A stretch of DNA of 64,000 nucleotides, from contig OZ361256.1 in the NCBI GenBank assembly GCA_977018835.1, positions 6,014,001 through 6,078,000 on the forward strand. Direction: 5' to 3'. This document shows positions 23,869 to 35,104 of this stretch, one piece after another; position 1 is the stretch's first letter, and every line of letters begins with the position of its first letter. Source of the DNA: Minutocellus sp. GHC0000111 (lineage: Eukaryota). The notes beneath the pieces were generated by a model. It had not been told where the DNA came from. It searched no databases and saw only the letters and a program-made list of their open reading frames with translations. The position numbers and the translations under genes are program-made.

Positions 23869-25740
23869 CTAGTCCTTCTTGCGATTCAGAATCGATGGCA
23901 TGGCGCCCGAAATGATGGCGCCGACCAGCAGACCGACACCAGTCCAAAGACCGCCTCCCGCGGCAGCAAGAACACGCAAGCTTCCCGATGTTACTGCCTT
24001 AGCAATGTGCGGGAATAATACGGCGCCGGACGCTCCGGCCATCGCCGAGGAGGCCTGCTTCATTGCCGGCACGACCACTGTACTCTGATGGGTTTCAGTC
24101 GTTGCCTTGGCTCCAGCCACATTGGCGGCAGCTTTGGCCGCCTTGTTCTCCTTGATTCTAGCAGCCTGACAGGCTTCAATCTCATCTCGTGCAAGTGTCG
24201 TTTCGATCTTGAGATCGTCCACCTCCCTGCCCGCCGCGGCGAGGTCGGATCGGCATTCGTACAGCTGGGCCGTGGCGGTCTTGGCGTCGGATTCGGCATC
24301 GACCAGCCGTTTCTGAAGCTTGGTCACCTTGGCGTTCACCTGTCCAAGCTCACGCTTGGTGTATTTCAGTTCGTTGGCCAAGATGAGGTCGGGTTGGTGG
24401 GCCGATGATGACGATGGTGATGATGATGCCGATGCTGAAGGCGATGTCGTGGAGGATGCCGAGGGTGCAGACGATGATCCAGCGCCCTGACTGCTGCTGG
24501 CACCACCACCGACAAAGATACCTATGGACAGACCAAGGACGCCCATGGCGACTCCCCAGATGATCATCCGTGTCTTCCTCCTCTTGTTCTTGCGGGACAT
24601 GTCGACCATCTTCTCGGTGAGGTCGTCCATCTCCCCGGCATGATCGCTTAGCAGGTTGAGCATGGTCTTGTCCTTGATGGTGAGGACCTTGCGCACGTCT
24701 TCGGCATCGGTAATGGTCGACGCGACGCTGGCCACCGACATGGTGGAGAAGGTGGAGTCGCGCGGCAGGTCGGTGGGATCGCGATACTTGCTGCTGTTGG
24801 GACCGGTGGAGGAATTGGACGAGCTGCTGCGGGTGGCCATCATGCCCTTCCGGGCCTTCTTCCCGCCCTTGTGCAGATGGCGGTTGAGCTTGCCGGGCAA
24901 CGAGGGGAGGGACGATACCGACGAGCTGCACGATGCATCATCGGCGTGGTCATTCGAGTGGGACTTGGAGGGTCCAAACAGCTTGATGAGTTCCAGAGTT
25001 CGTTCGCGTATCTTGAGCCTGGTGTCATTCTTGCTCTTGGTGGTGGCATTGGTGTTGGCATCGTCCGCCTTCTTGGGGATGCGCTGCAACGTTTGCATCC
25101 CCCCGACCACGACCTTGTACACTTGAAGGAATTCGGCATATGTGAGGCCTGCAGAAGCAGTGCTGTCCGTGCCTCCATCAGCATTGAGACTGGCATTGGC
25201 ATCCACAATGGTCCGCAGGAGGAGCATGAGCTGCCGGTCGGTCGTGAGCACCTCGGCAGTACCATCGCCTCCTCCATTGCTGTACTTGGCATCATTTGAG
25301 GATACCTTGGAATGCTCCGCATCCAGCGTGGTAATCGCCGTTTTCATAGCTTCGTACGTAAGGATCTGTTCGTCGGCATTTTCTGCAGACACGTCGCCCT
25401 CATCCGTCGATGCCGAATGGCTCGGAATCAGTCCTGGAATGTTATCATCGGCATCGGCAGCTAATGCGCCCTTGGCTAATAATTTCCCATCGGCATTGCT
25501 GTTTGTGCTGGAACTGCCGCCACCCAAGACACATAGCCGATCGAACAATGGCCTCAAATGGTCCGAAGTGGCGGCATCCTCCACGTCCTGCGATCGTACC
25601 AGAGTTTCATATCTCAGCAAGTAGGCCAGGGCCGATCGGTCCGATGATGATTTGGACGGCGACGATGGGGTCAGTGAGGTACCAGCGGGTGCAGCAGCGG
25701 CAGCAGAGGTGTAGCGAGAGGGCCGAAGGGACGATGACAT
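23869..25740 (-). CDS. Hypothetical membrane protein with coiled coil
   Basis: Long ORF; TM segment MIIWGVAMGVLGLSIGIFVG; heptad region ELKYTKRELGQVNAKVTKLQKRL; hydrophobic C-terminus. Confidence 0.7.
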   Translation of the reverse strand: MSSSLRPSRYTSAAAAAPAGTSLTPSSPSKSSSDRSALAYLLRYETLVRSQDVEDAATSDHLRPLFDRLCVLGGGSSSTNSNADGKLLAKGALAADADDNIPGLIPSHSASTDEGDVSAENADEQILTYEAMKTAITTLDAEHSKVSSNDAKYSNGGGDGTAEVLTTDRQLMLLLRTIVDANASLNADGGTDSTASAGLTYAEFLQVYKVVVGGMQTLQRIPKKADDANTNATTKSKNDTRLKIRERTLELIKLFGPSKSHSNDHADDASCSSSVSSLPSLPGKLNRHLHKGGKKARKGMMATRSSSSNSSTGPNSSKYRDPTDLPRDSTFSTMSVASVASTITDAEDVRKVLTIKDKTMLNLLSDHAGEMDDLTEKMVDMSRKNKRRKTRMIIWGVAMGVLGLSIGIFVGGGASSSQGAGSSSAPSASSTTSPSASASSSPSSSSAHQPDLILANELKYTKRELGQVNAKVTKLQKRLVDAESDAKTATAQLYECRSDLAAAGREVDDLKIETTLARDEIEACQAARIKENKAAKAAANVAGAKATTETHQSTVVVPAMKQASSAMAGASGAVLFPHIAKAVTSGSLRVLAAAGGGLWTGVGLLVGAIISGAMPSILNRKKD

Positions 25741-26460
25741 GTTCAAATATAAGCACACGCGGTACTTTAGATATCTTCCGTAAGCACGAAGCAATTCTTC
25801 TCCGCGAATTGCTTGGCCTCTGATAAATCAAGTACCAATAATTCAATCAAATCAAAATAAATGCCAACAGCCTTGGGTGTGCGAGATTTTTTGGCCGGTG
25901 GGTGCGAATGTTGGCAGGGATATGCCAGAGAGGGCAAAACAAGATATCAAGCGTTGAAGTATCCAACAGGGAATAGATGTTTGTGCCAACTGATATTGCG
26001 TCTGCGGGGCAAACGTTGAACCTCCTCGGCATATGGTTGCAATACTACGGTAGTAAGCAAGCAAAGCAAGGGCAGTTGCTTGCTCAACGGTTTTCTCTCT
26101 TGACTCTTTTTCTTTTCATTCCTATCTCTCTCTTTCTTTCCACTTATCAAAATTCAGAAACTCCGCGAAGCACCGGAGCCGACAGACAAACAACCAACAA
26201 GTTGTCCCAGAATGACCTGCCGCAAAAATGCCTGCATTGAAGCGAAGCGATGCAATTTTCCAACCAACGTGCTGGCGCGTGCGCTGCTATGGCGCAAGCA
26301 ACTTTCTTTGTGCTGCGGTAGCCAATCAAATCTCAAGTAATGCCGATGCCACCGCAGCGGTAACTAATTCAAAATACGCCACTTGAGACCTGCTGAACTG
26401 CCACATGCATGCTGATCTGCTGAACTGATTGGTACAAGTTACATCGTCGAAAATCTCACC

Positions 26461-27873
26461 ATGCCATTTGGATTCCTGAGCAAAAAGTCGTCGCCTCGTC
26501 ATCAGCGTCAGGCAGAGTACGCCGATGATGACACAATCCGAACGCCTGACGATGAACGGCAAAATGACGACGTGCCCCTCGGAGGGTCGTCAGCGCAACA
26601 CGGCCACGACGACGATGGCAGTCCGGAAGCTCTTCTCGACGACTGGCTACAAGTAGATGACGCCAGCAATAATAACAACGGAAGTGATGATATCGATAAT
26701 AAGGGGCAAGAAAATCGGCCTCGAGACCATCTCGATGATCCTAATGACGATGTCGCCTGGCTACATCGGATCGGTGAGGAGGAACATGCCGAATCTACCG
26801 ACGAAGAGACTGGAACCTCCTCGGACGATCGCGACATGCCGTCGGCGCCGTCGTGGAGAGCAAGTCAGAAGAATGACCTAACCGATGAGGAACGCGAAGC
26901 CTTCAAGAACAACCTCCTGTCGATCAACGCCGACAATCGACTCTTTGTTCTGCGGGTTCAGGAGAGTCTGTCTCGTCTGTCTCCCGAGGAGCGACTCTCC
27001 ATGATCAGCGTCATACGAAACCAGGCCGAGCAGGAGAGGGAGGCCGCGGAAGCCAAGGCATATAAAAGAGGCAGGTGCCACTGCCTCTGCAACTGCATCG
27101 TGATCCGGGTGATACGACGTTTTACGTCAAAAGCGTGTTTGGCCAAATTGATGAGCCTTGTCGGTCTTGGCATCGGTGCTTTCTACATCCTCGGAGGCGA
27201 GACGGCGCAAGATGTTCAAAACAAAGTAATTGGATGGTTCCAATCAATCGGGAAGAATCCGGAGGTGACGACAAGTATGCCCTCCTTGGCGCCAAGCATG
27301 GTGGCATCGTCGTTGCCAAGCTGGGAGCCAACGTTTATGCCCAGCGAGATGGAAACGAACATGCCAAGCTTCGTACCAAGTAATTTCCCATCATTTGCGC
27401 CAACGACGTTTGCTCCAACCATGGCACCGGTATCGAGCGCGCCAACATCCACGCCCCCTACTCTCGCTCCGGTCAGTATGTCCCCAACAATTGCTCCCAA
27501 CACAGAAATGCCTACAGGCACTTCTCTTCCAGCAACGTCCACAACAGTCAGTGATGATGGTGGCGGTAGTAACAAGAAGAAAAATAAGGGGAACAAGAAG
27601 AAAAACAAGACCGGCGATGTGCTGATCAATAACAATGTGACGAGCATCATTACGGGTGAAGATGGGAACAGTGGCAGCACCAATATTTTCGATTCAACTC
27701 AGTCGGTGCCACTTGCTGATGAACAAAATGACAATGGGTTCAATAGAAAGTTAGTTGAGAAGAAGGAGGAATCTGCGGGTACATGTACATGTGCCGGTAC
27801 AACAGCCTGCACATTGAACCTAAAATCAATATTAATACCGGCAATTGTTCATCATGTAGATGGAGAGATGTAG
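26461..27873 (+). CDS. Type II membrane protein with Pro/Ser/Thr-rich (PSxxPS/PT) stalk; 3' end possibly truncated near 27775
   Basis: Acidic N-terminus, TM segment LMSLVGLGIGAFYILGG, PS/PT repeats. The last ~30 codons run through TACATGTA-type intergenic-like sequence. Confidence 0.65.
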   Translation: MPFGFLSKKSSPRHQRQAEYADDDTIRTPDDERQNDDVPLGGSSAQHGHDDDGSPEALLDDWLQVDDASNNNNGSDDIDNKGQENRPRDHLDDPNDDVAWLHRIGEEEHAESTDEETGTSSDDRDMPSAPSWRASQKNDLTDEEREAFKNNLLSINADNRLFVLRVQESLSRLSPEERLSMISVIRNQAEQEREAAEAKAYKRGRCHCLCNCIVIRVIRRFTSKACLAKLMSLVGLGIGAFYILGGETAQDVQNKVIGWFQSIGKNPEVTTSMPSLAPSMVASSLPSWEPTFMPSEMETNMPSFVPSNFPSFAPTTFAPTMAPVSSAPTSTPPTLAPVSMSPTIAPNTEMPTGTSLPATSTTVSDDGGGSNKKKNKGNKKKNKTGDVLINNNVTSIITGEDGNSGSTNIFDSTQSVPLADEQNDNGFNRKLVEKKEESAGTCTCAGTTACTLNLKSILIPAIVHHVDGEM

Positions 27874-28163
27874 ATCTCCCGTAGGCTCTGGTACATGTAC
27901 CGGTATGTATGGTGGAGGACCGGACCAAGTAGATCTACCGGCACATGTACCGGTAAGAAGGATTCGATGATTCTGATTCGATCAGCAAATTCGATTTGGA
28001 CTTGTTCGACTCAGTGTTCGCTCTGCGCTGGTTTTGTTTCTTCGCATGGATGGTGGAACGATTTTGCAACATCAGCCAAGCCATACGGACTGTACATGTA
28101 GTTCACAGTAATTGCATTGTTGGGTGAACTTTTGCACGGAGCTGGCCAGATATAACTTGCAAA

Positions 28164-28955
28164 ATGCAGTCGCGGCAACTTTCGCGTGCCCTACTCTCAG
28201 CGCTGTTCGCGTTTGCGATTGTGTCGAAGCCAGCAAATGGATTCATTCAACCGCGGCCTTCGTCATTGAGCACCAACAGTCTCGAGAGATTGCCGATACC
28301 ATCATCGACCGCATTCGCCGGGTTTACGAGAAGTTTATCCGGCCATGAAGCACCAAAATACATCTCCAAATCGGGCAGAATTGCTGGCATTACGAACAGT
28401 GTGCCTGGCCATGAAGCACAAACATGCTTCTCCAAAGCCACCGCCAGTACAGCCATGAGCCTTTCTCCCCAAGAGATAATTGAAGTTGGTGCTTCGTTCG
28501 ATACTTTTGCTCCACAATTCTTATGGCTGCTCCTCATAGGCTTGCCAGAGGCTGAAATTACGAAGAAAGTGATGGGGCCAATTACCCCTATAGTTGGTCT
28601 GGCGTTGATACATCTTACTATCGTTCTGGTGGCTGCCGCTCAGGAGGGTGCATTGGAACAGGTGCTGATATTTCAGGAGGTATTCGACCCATCCATGTCG
28701 CAACTCGCCGGCATGCAAAAGCTGTTTGAGATACCCAACTTTGTGGCAGAGGAATGGCCGCATGTTTTGATATGGGACCTCTTTGTGGGCCGTCAAATCT
28801 GGATTGATTCTCTGGAGAGAGGTATCGATGCTCGTTTGTCGCTGGCCTTCTGCAACTTCATCGGCCCACCAGGAATGGTTTTGTACGTTGCGACGTGCCT
28901 TCTTTCAGGAAAAGGATTGCCAGCGATGGGTTACAAGGATGATGACTTGAGCTAA
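28164..28955 (+). CDS. ABA4-like (DUF4281) plastid membrane protein
   Basis: Signal peptide + GF motif; FVAEEWPHVLIWDLFVGRQIW...LAFCNFIGPPG matches the ABA4-family W.H...DLFVGR...GP.G pattern. Confidence 0.78.
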   Translation: MQSRQLSRALLSALFAFAIVSKPANGFIQPRPSSLSTNSLERLPIPSSTAFAGFTRSLSGHEAPKYISKSGRIAGITNSVPGHEAQTCFSKATASTAMSLSPQEIIEVGASFDTFAPQFLWLLLIGLPEAEITKKVMGPITPIVGLALIHLTIVLVAAAQEGALEQVLIFQEVFDPSMSQLAGMQKLFEIPNFVAEEWPHVLIWDLFVGRQIWIDSLERGIDARLSLAFCNFIGPPGMVLYVATCLLSGKGLPAMGYKDDDLS

Positions 28956-29196
28956 GCCATGATTGTTCCACTCTACATCGTACCCATCAAACTCATCGGC
29001 GTCTCCAATACATGCAAATATTAGGCCCAGACATTTTTTTGGCAAAGAGCAACGCTCGAATGATCTAGCAGTCTTGGGAATATCGCATGCAACATTGACA
29101 TATCACCCCACGTAGCTCTATGTCAGCCTTGATCTATTTTCAGCTCGATGTTACCCTCCTTTACTATCGCCACACTTATATTTACATCACTGGACC

Positions 29197-29234
29197 AGAT
29201 CTGCAATCTTAGACACTCTTTTGCGATACCCTCC
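29197..29234. repeat. Dispersed repeat end (copy 2)
   Basis: Matches 22-62. Confidence 0.5.
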
Positions 29235-29445
29235 TCTACTATCCTGATCATAAGTAAGTACAGTCGGCATGTAAAACCTTCGAATAAGGAAGTTCTATAT
29301 GTAAGTTAAGTTCGTTTATGAGTTCTATTTCGAAATAAGGCATGTACCAGTACCGAGCGTTGGATGGAATATATATGCAGTTTCTAGGTCTAGCGAGGGG
29401 CGTTCGTTTGCAGCGCCAAAAAAAGGCAAGGTCAAAGCAAGTAAG

Positions 29446-30357
29446 TCACTTCTTGCTGGGAATCTTCTTGGACAACTCCAGGAAGCTCTGAGTGCTAAGG
29501 CTGTGGAAACCCTCCATGCGCCGGAGACGTCGGACGTAGGCCTCGTCGCTGGCGGCCTTCTTGATGGCCTCTTCGACGTCGGCGGCCGTGTGCTTCATGC
29601 TGACGGTCCGAAGGGCCACAGGCTCGGCAAGATGGGCCCCCCTCTTCCAGTAGTCGTCCTGCAGATCGAGGACGGCATCGACCATCCGCTCTCGTCGTTG
29701 TCGGAGCCGATCGCGTTTTTCGGGGTTAATGAGATGTTCGATGCCGCGCGGGGTCATGTCCTGTGGTAGCTCATGCGTCTTGCTGCCTGATTTCTTGGTG
29801 ATGGCCTTGCGGTATGCCTTGACGGTTTGCACGATGTTCAGTTCGTCGACCTTGCGATCTTCGGCTGTTCGCCACAGGGCCTCCTTCTCCTGGTCGGAAA
29901 TGTCGTCGAGGGAGGCGATGATGTTGGCGGTCGCCCTGGTTGCGAACGATACGGTCCGTTTCAGTTTGCGCCGTCGGCTGCTACTGCTGGGGCTAGTGGT
30001 GATAATGCTGCTGCTGCCACTCGGAGCTTGCTTTTGCTCTGAGGACATGGCCGATTTTTCCTCGACATAGGCCGAAGTCCTGCTTGTCGGAAATGGTACG
30101 TCCAGCTCTGAACGATCGGTTCGATGGGAAGTGATTTCGAGCCGATCGACGCCGAGCTCAACATTGATCATATCTTGCCGGTCCATTGTGGGTGCACTCT
30201 GTGGTTCGATTCTACTGAACGCAACGCTCTTTCGTCGCAATTGGGAAAGCTGATTGGGAAGCAGATAGGAAGTGGGTGGGTCGTTTGATGGCTGTCGTTT
30301 GTCGTTTGTGGTGGCTGCTGCAGTGCCGGAACAACCACTGGTAGTAGGGTGATGCAA
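29446..30357 (-). CDS. Hypothetical protein with VxF...RGxE...AVLDxQ motifs (start uncertain)
   Basis: RTVSFATRA...LWRT...PRGIEHL...DAVLDLQD...AASDEAYVRR; paralog at 31140-31711. Confidence 0.7.
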   Translation of the reverse strand: MHHPTTSGCSGTAAATTNDKRQPSNDPPTSYLLPNQLSQLRRKSVAFSRIEPQSAPTMDRQDMINVELGVDRLEITSHRTDRSELDVPFPTSRTSAYVEEKSAMSSEQKQAPSGSSSIITTSPSSSSRRRKLKRTVSFATRATANIIASLDDISDQEKEALWRTAEDRKVDELNIVQTVKAYRKAITKKSGSKTHELPQDMTPRGIEHLINPEKRDRLRQRRERMVDAVLDLQDDYWKRGAHLAEPVALRTVSMKHTAADVEEAIKKAASDEAYVRRLRRMEGFHSLSTQSFLELSKKIPSKK

Positions 30358-31139
30358 GCGGTAAAATGAGAGCGATCTGAGTCTTGGGCCGGACGCTCAA
30401 CAACAGCCCCTTTCTCGATATGTGACAATTTGACAAAACGCATGCGGACCAAGAAAGCTGCAAAGCCCGATTGCCGGAATCCATTCATTTTTACTTGATT
30501 CTCGTGCATGCCGTCAATGCTGGCGTAGTGCTTGGGCGGGTCCACCACGTGTCAAACGACACTCAAAAGACTGCATACGCCGATTTCCCGGCAATGCACC
30601 AGGTTCTGGCTCCACGTTCCCCATTTTTAGCCTACTTTGTACATATGTGAGCTCGGGTTTTGATCGAATGACGTGAGGCGACGTGGCGTTCTCATCTTAA
30701 AGAGAGCAGAACGAATTGCCGGGTAAGATTTTGCGAATTTGTGTATGATTGCGCGTAACCAAAGGGCACTTCGAGTATCTTGAGGGGTGGGAGTAGCCTT
30801 GAAGGGCCTCGAAAATGTGTTCAAGTGCATCATGGTGCATTTTCGCTCCTCCTGCCCCTTTCATTTCCGAGCACTGACGCAAGTCGTCGTTTCTTGTCTT
30901 ACAAAGACACGTACCTTACTACGTAGTACTAGTAGAGCGCTACGATCAGCATAAAACCACGCCACACATAAATCCTTCCCGATGCTCCCACATCCCACAT
31001 CGGGCGGCCCCACACACGCCACAAAGTGTCTCAGCATCCCACATCCCACCACGTGATCAACGTGCCATTATTTAGTACAATTCAAATAAACTCACAAGGT
31101 ACAAACTTACATAACGCTGGACCAAGCCCTGCCACTGAC

Positions 31140-31711
31140 ATGGTCGTCACCGCAAGGGCAGAATTAACCATGTCTGCTACTCCCGCTGCTGCCGGTAGAG
31201 TGGTCGAGAGAAAGTCATCACTAACTCAAAAGCCGCATCACCCCCACCAACGACGGCCGAATGCGAAGAAGTCCGTCCGGTTTGCCACCAGGGCAAAGGT
31301 CCTCCCCGTCCCTTCGATCGACCAACAGAGAGATGCCGTCTGGAGGACCGACGAAGATCGCAAGAACGACGAAAAGGACATTGTCAGCACCGTCCGCTCC
31401 CACCGCGAGGCCGCAGCTGCCAGGTCATCCTCTTCGGGGGGTAGACGCCAACTTCCCCCAACATGACTGTCCGAGGCCTGGAAGTTATCGTCAACATCGA
31501 AGGTCGCGAACATCTTCGTCGTTGACGACAGGATCTCATCGATGCCGTCCTCGATCTGCAGGACGAGCACTGGAACAGAGGCAAGCCCTACCCTGATCCC
31601 GAGGCCGTGAGGCGCGTGTGTGCTCAATACACCTCCATCGACACCGAGGAGGCCATCAGCCTCGCCGCCAGCGATGCCGCCTACGTTCGTCAGCAACAGA
31701 GACGTCGATGA
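31140..31711 (+). pseudogene. Paralog of 29446-30357 with a frameshift near 31460 and an in-frame TGA at 31523-31525
   Basis: KSVRFATRA...VWRT...[fs]NMTVRGLEVI...RR*RQDLIDAVLDLQD...AASDAAYVRQ. Confidence 0.65.
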
Positions 31712-32138
31712 GTACATGTCATGTACCATCTTCATTATTCAAGCTATGCAGGTGCCTCAATTGCTACGTATTCCACTTTTAAGGAAGAAGCCACCAACGC
31801 CGTGTTTCAGAGTAAACCATGGCAATCCCTCTTGGTACCTTTGTACATATAGTCACAAGCAAAACGCCTTAATTTTTGTACTTAATAACTTTTACACATG
31901 GCAGTAGAAATTATTCCTACTACACCAACATGTACCTAGCTAGGTACTCGTTCTAGCTAAGCTAACTACGTAGTAGAGAGCTCAAAGTAAGACACAACGG
32001 TACAATTTACTACAAATCACCGCTACAAAACCAGACAAGACAAAAGAAAAACCAAGTGAAGGTAATCCAAACAAGACAAGACAAAGCATCATCTGGTACA
32101 AGATATTTGCAATTCAATTTATTTGAGGCTTGATTCAT

Positions 32139-32750
32139 TCACTTCTGCCCCTTCATCAGTCCACGGCGATAATACCCCTTTCCCTTTCCGCTGTGGGACG
32201 CCTTGCTGTTCTTTCCAGCGCTGCTGCTACCACCCCCTCCGTAGCCTTTTCCACTACTGCTCGAAGAGGCAGGAGTGGGATGAGACGGAGAAGATGCAGG
32301 GGTGGGGGGAGATGGTGGCGAGGGAGGTGATGGGGGAGGGGGAGAAGATGCAGAGCCCGAGCCTGATCCTGATCCAGAGCTAGATGACGAGTCAGACCAC
32401 CAGAACACGTCATCGCGCTTCTTGCGACGGTGACGACGCTCGTCAGAGTTATTTCTACCACTTCGACGGCGACGACGACCCCCCTTGCCCCCCTTGCTCC
32501 TCTTCCGGCGTCGACGACGTCCGCTATTTCGTCCACGGCGCTTGTGGAAGACGTCGCTCTTCTTCTTGCGTTTGCGGTTGCGTCGCTTGTTGCTGTATCC
32601 TCCGAGAAGTCTCATCTCGTGATCACCTTCAATGTCGTCAGCTTTGACGATAATGACCTCCTCGGCAAGACCATTGTGGTCAACTGTGGCTACAATAGGA
32701 ATGAAGGCGAGCAGACTAACAATGATGCAAATCGAACGACGTACAGCCAT
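32139..32750 (-). CDS. Secreted Arg/Lys/Ser/Pro/Gly-rich protein, candidate cell-wall protein
   Basis: Signal peptide, acidic propeptide, RLL, polybasic block, FWWS, Ser/Pro block, GKGY motifs, terminal RGL. Confidence 0.7.
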   Translation of the reverse strand: MAVRRSICIIVSLLAFIPIVATVDHNGLAEEVIIVKADDIEGDHEMRLLGGYSNKRRNRKRKKKSDVFHKRRGRNSGRRRRRKRSKGGKGGRRRRRSGRNNSDERRHRRKKRDDVFWWSDSSSSSGSGSGSGSASSPPPPSPPSPPSPPTPASSPSHPTPASSSSSGKGYGGGGSSSAGKNSKASHSGKGKGYYRRGLMKGQK

Positions 32751-33577
32751 TTTGATTTTACCTGTGCAAAATGGATGCCGTTGGGATTGATGCTGTAGTC
32801 AACCCATAAAGGAAAACCAGGCGTATTAGTGAGAGTTGCCTCGAAAATGCACATTAAAAGAAGCGAAGATATGAAGGATACCATACGATCGTAAAACTAA
32901 TCGCATGTCAATCATGTCAAGCCAATGGCAAGATCAATCTCAACCGAGACGAAGCTAGCTAGAGTGAGGCGTGCTTCTAAGTAGCAAGTGGCGATCAGCA
33001 TGTGTCTCTGTCGATCGCGCCTTACCTTATCTGATCAGTACGGTGGTAAAGTGGCGAGGGAAGATCGATCGTGATCTTCGCCTGTGATGGCGGGTGGTAA
33101 TGTGAAATTGAAAATCCCCAGCAGCATTTCTCGATGTATTAACTACTATAATTTTCAATTTCTATTTTGAGTAAAAATATATTGAATTTTATCGAATATA
33201 AAATGTCCCAATTCCAGGCAAAAAGTAAAAGTCTATGGTTTTGTAATGATTTTATTGTAGATCTAACAAAAGAACTTTCTTCGCTCGAGCAGGCGCGCCT
33301 TTCTTTTGCCAGCCAACAAGACAGAACCACGAACGGCACCAGTATTCGGTAGTAGACGACATCGGGACTAAAACGTGAGAGGCCTACATGTAACGCACAG
33401 TAAAAATGAACGCATTGAGGTCATTTCTGGCTAAACTTTAGATACAACAGACCTACATGTACCGGTACTGAAAAACTGACAGTGTTTGTTGTCGTCGTCG
33501 TCTCACTTTTTGTACAGTTACGCCATGCTGATCTAGATCTAGATCTACCAGTTGATATCAAAGGATTTCTTGTCTCC

Positions 33578-35068
33578 TTAAACCTCGGTCGGCGATGCAC
33601 TTCGTTTCCTCCTCTTGACTAATATTTCGGGGTTACTTCCAACCGTAGTGGCATATAGAAGTGATCCGGCAGCTGACAAGGATGCCACAAGCAAGAATGA
33701 AGGGCCAAAATCACTCCCGCCGTTGCTCTCGAGAAGTCTTCCAAATAAACTCACTGTCATCGATCCAGACACGGCGGCGAAGACGTTGCCGAGTGCATAA
33801 ACTGTACCTGCATTCCTGGGTGCAACTTCTAAATGGCTCACACTGACTGCGCCTAATGACAGAGCACTGATGGTCTGCGCTGCTCCAAAGAGGGTTACCG
33901 GACTCAGGGGCAAAGCATCGACGTTCGGGGTCACTGCCAGATATCCTAATATCAACGCCGGAACACAACCGCTCAGCCCCTGCAAAAGTCTTCGTGTTGG
34001 CACTGTCCCTACCTTTTGTGCCAAGGCGTCCGACGCCGTGCCAACGCCTACCCCCACGGCAGCTTGCGTCAACTGAGGAAGAATCAAAGAGGCGGCGGCG
34101 GCCGCAGCGGCTGCTGTTATGGCCGCATCGTTGCCACCTGCGACTTCATTCGCTGCAGTTGTAGCCAATGCACTACCCACCCGCTCCAGATATAAGGGAC
34201 CCCAGCTAGCGATGCTGTACAACAAGGCGCCCTGACCAACCTGTGCGGCCAGAATGGCCCTACCAGACTTGGACGATAGTGTTGCCTTCCCAACAGCGAT
34301 GGTATCACTTAGCAGATCCGAGGCTGCTGTTGATATTGTTGTTTTGTCGCTTATCGCCTTTGAGTTATTTGGCCCATCCTTCTCCCGAGGTGGCAAATCA
34401 AACTCCGATCTCGATAGAGCCAAGCACAAAAACGAAAGTATCCCGTTCAGATAAAACACATTTGGCCAAGCAGCTTGTGTCGGTAGCATATCGACAATCG
34501 GGCTGGAAAACAATACGAACGCAGACGAGTATGCGAGGGCACTACCAAGGTAGCACCCTGCGATCAGCGCCGACGATGCCGTCGCCCTCTTATCGGTAGG
34601 TACAAGCACTGAGACACCGGCCATGGCTGATGGCAACAGCAAGCCTTCGAAAACGCCCAGGAAGAACCTGTCGATCGATGCAACCATCGGGCCGCCATAG
34701 GTCGCCGCTGCTGGAAATGCCAGTGTGGCCAAAGCTGTTAGTGCAATCGATAATGGAAGTACGGTCCGAAAGGCCTCTTTTCTCGGACGTTTGCTTGCTA
34801 ATGACGTCGCTTCCCGGTCGTCATGCTGATGATGGGCATCATCATCGCTTTCGGATAGGAGACCACCCACAACTTGCGTTAGTCCGTACCCAACGAAGAA
34901 GCTGCTCTGCACGGTGCCCAGCTGACCTTCGGTCCAACCGAGATCAGAGAGCAGCCCCGAGGCGGCAATGGCGGATGTTCCGCGATCGGCGTAGCTGATC
35001 GCAGCGGCGGCCGTCGACGTTAGGGTCCATGACGACGCAGCTGGGGGCAGGCCCGGTATCACGAGCAT
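33578..35068 (-). CDS. MFS transporter, anion:cation symporter (SLC17/PHT4-like)
   Basis: ISYADRG..IA, GTVQSSFFVGYGLTQVVGG, RFFLGVFEG, WPNVFY, SWGPLYL, APRNAGTVYALGN. Confidence 0.85.
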   Translation of the reverse strand: MLVIPGLPPAASSWTLTSTAAAAISYADRGTSAIAASGLLSDLGWTEGQLGTVQSSFFVGYGLTQVVGGLLSESDDDAHHQHDDREATSLASKRPRKEAFRTVLPLSIALTALATLAFPAAATYGGPMVASIDRFFLGVFEGLLLPSAMAGVSVLVPTDKRATASSALIAGCYLGSALAYSSAFVLFSSPIVDMLPTQAAWPNVFYLNGILSFLCLALSRSEFDLPPREKDGPNNSKAISDKTTISTAASDLLSDTIAVGKATLSSKSGRAILAAQVGQGALLYSIASWGPLYLERVGSALATTAANEVAGGNDAAITAAAAAAAASLILPQLTQAAVGVGVGTASDALAQKVGTVPTRRLLQGLSGCVPALILGYLAVTPNVDALPLSPVTLFGAAQTISALSLGAVSVSHLEVAPRNAGTVYALGNVFAAVSGSMTVSLFGRLLESNGGSDFGPSFLLVASLSAAGSLLYATTVGSNPEILVKRRKRSASPTEV

Positions 35069-35104
35069 CGCGCTAGCTCTTGGTGCCGGCGTTGCTACCT
35101 AGGT

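Noticed and set aside
31523..31525. In-frame TGA as selenocysteine
   Set aside because: It falls in an Arg-rich stretch of the paralog (CGA>TGA), has no Cys context, and the gene is also frameshifted.
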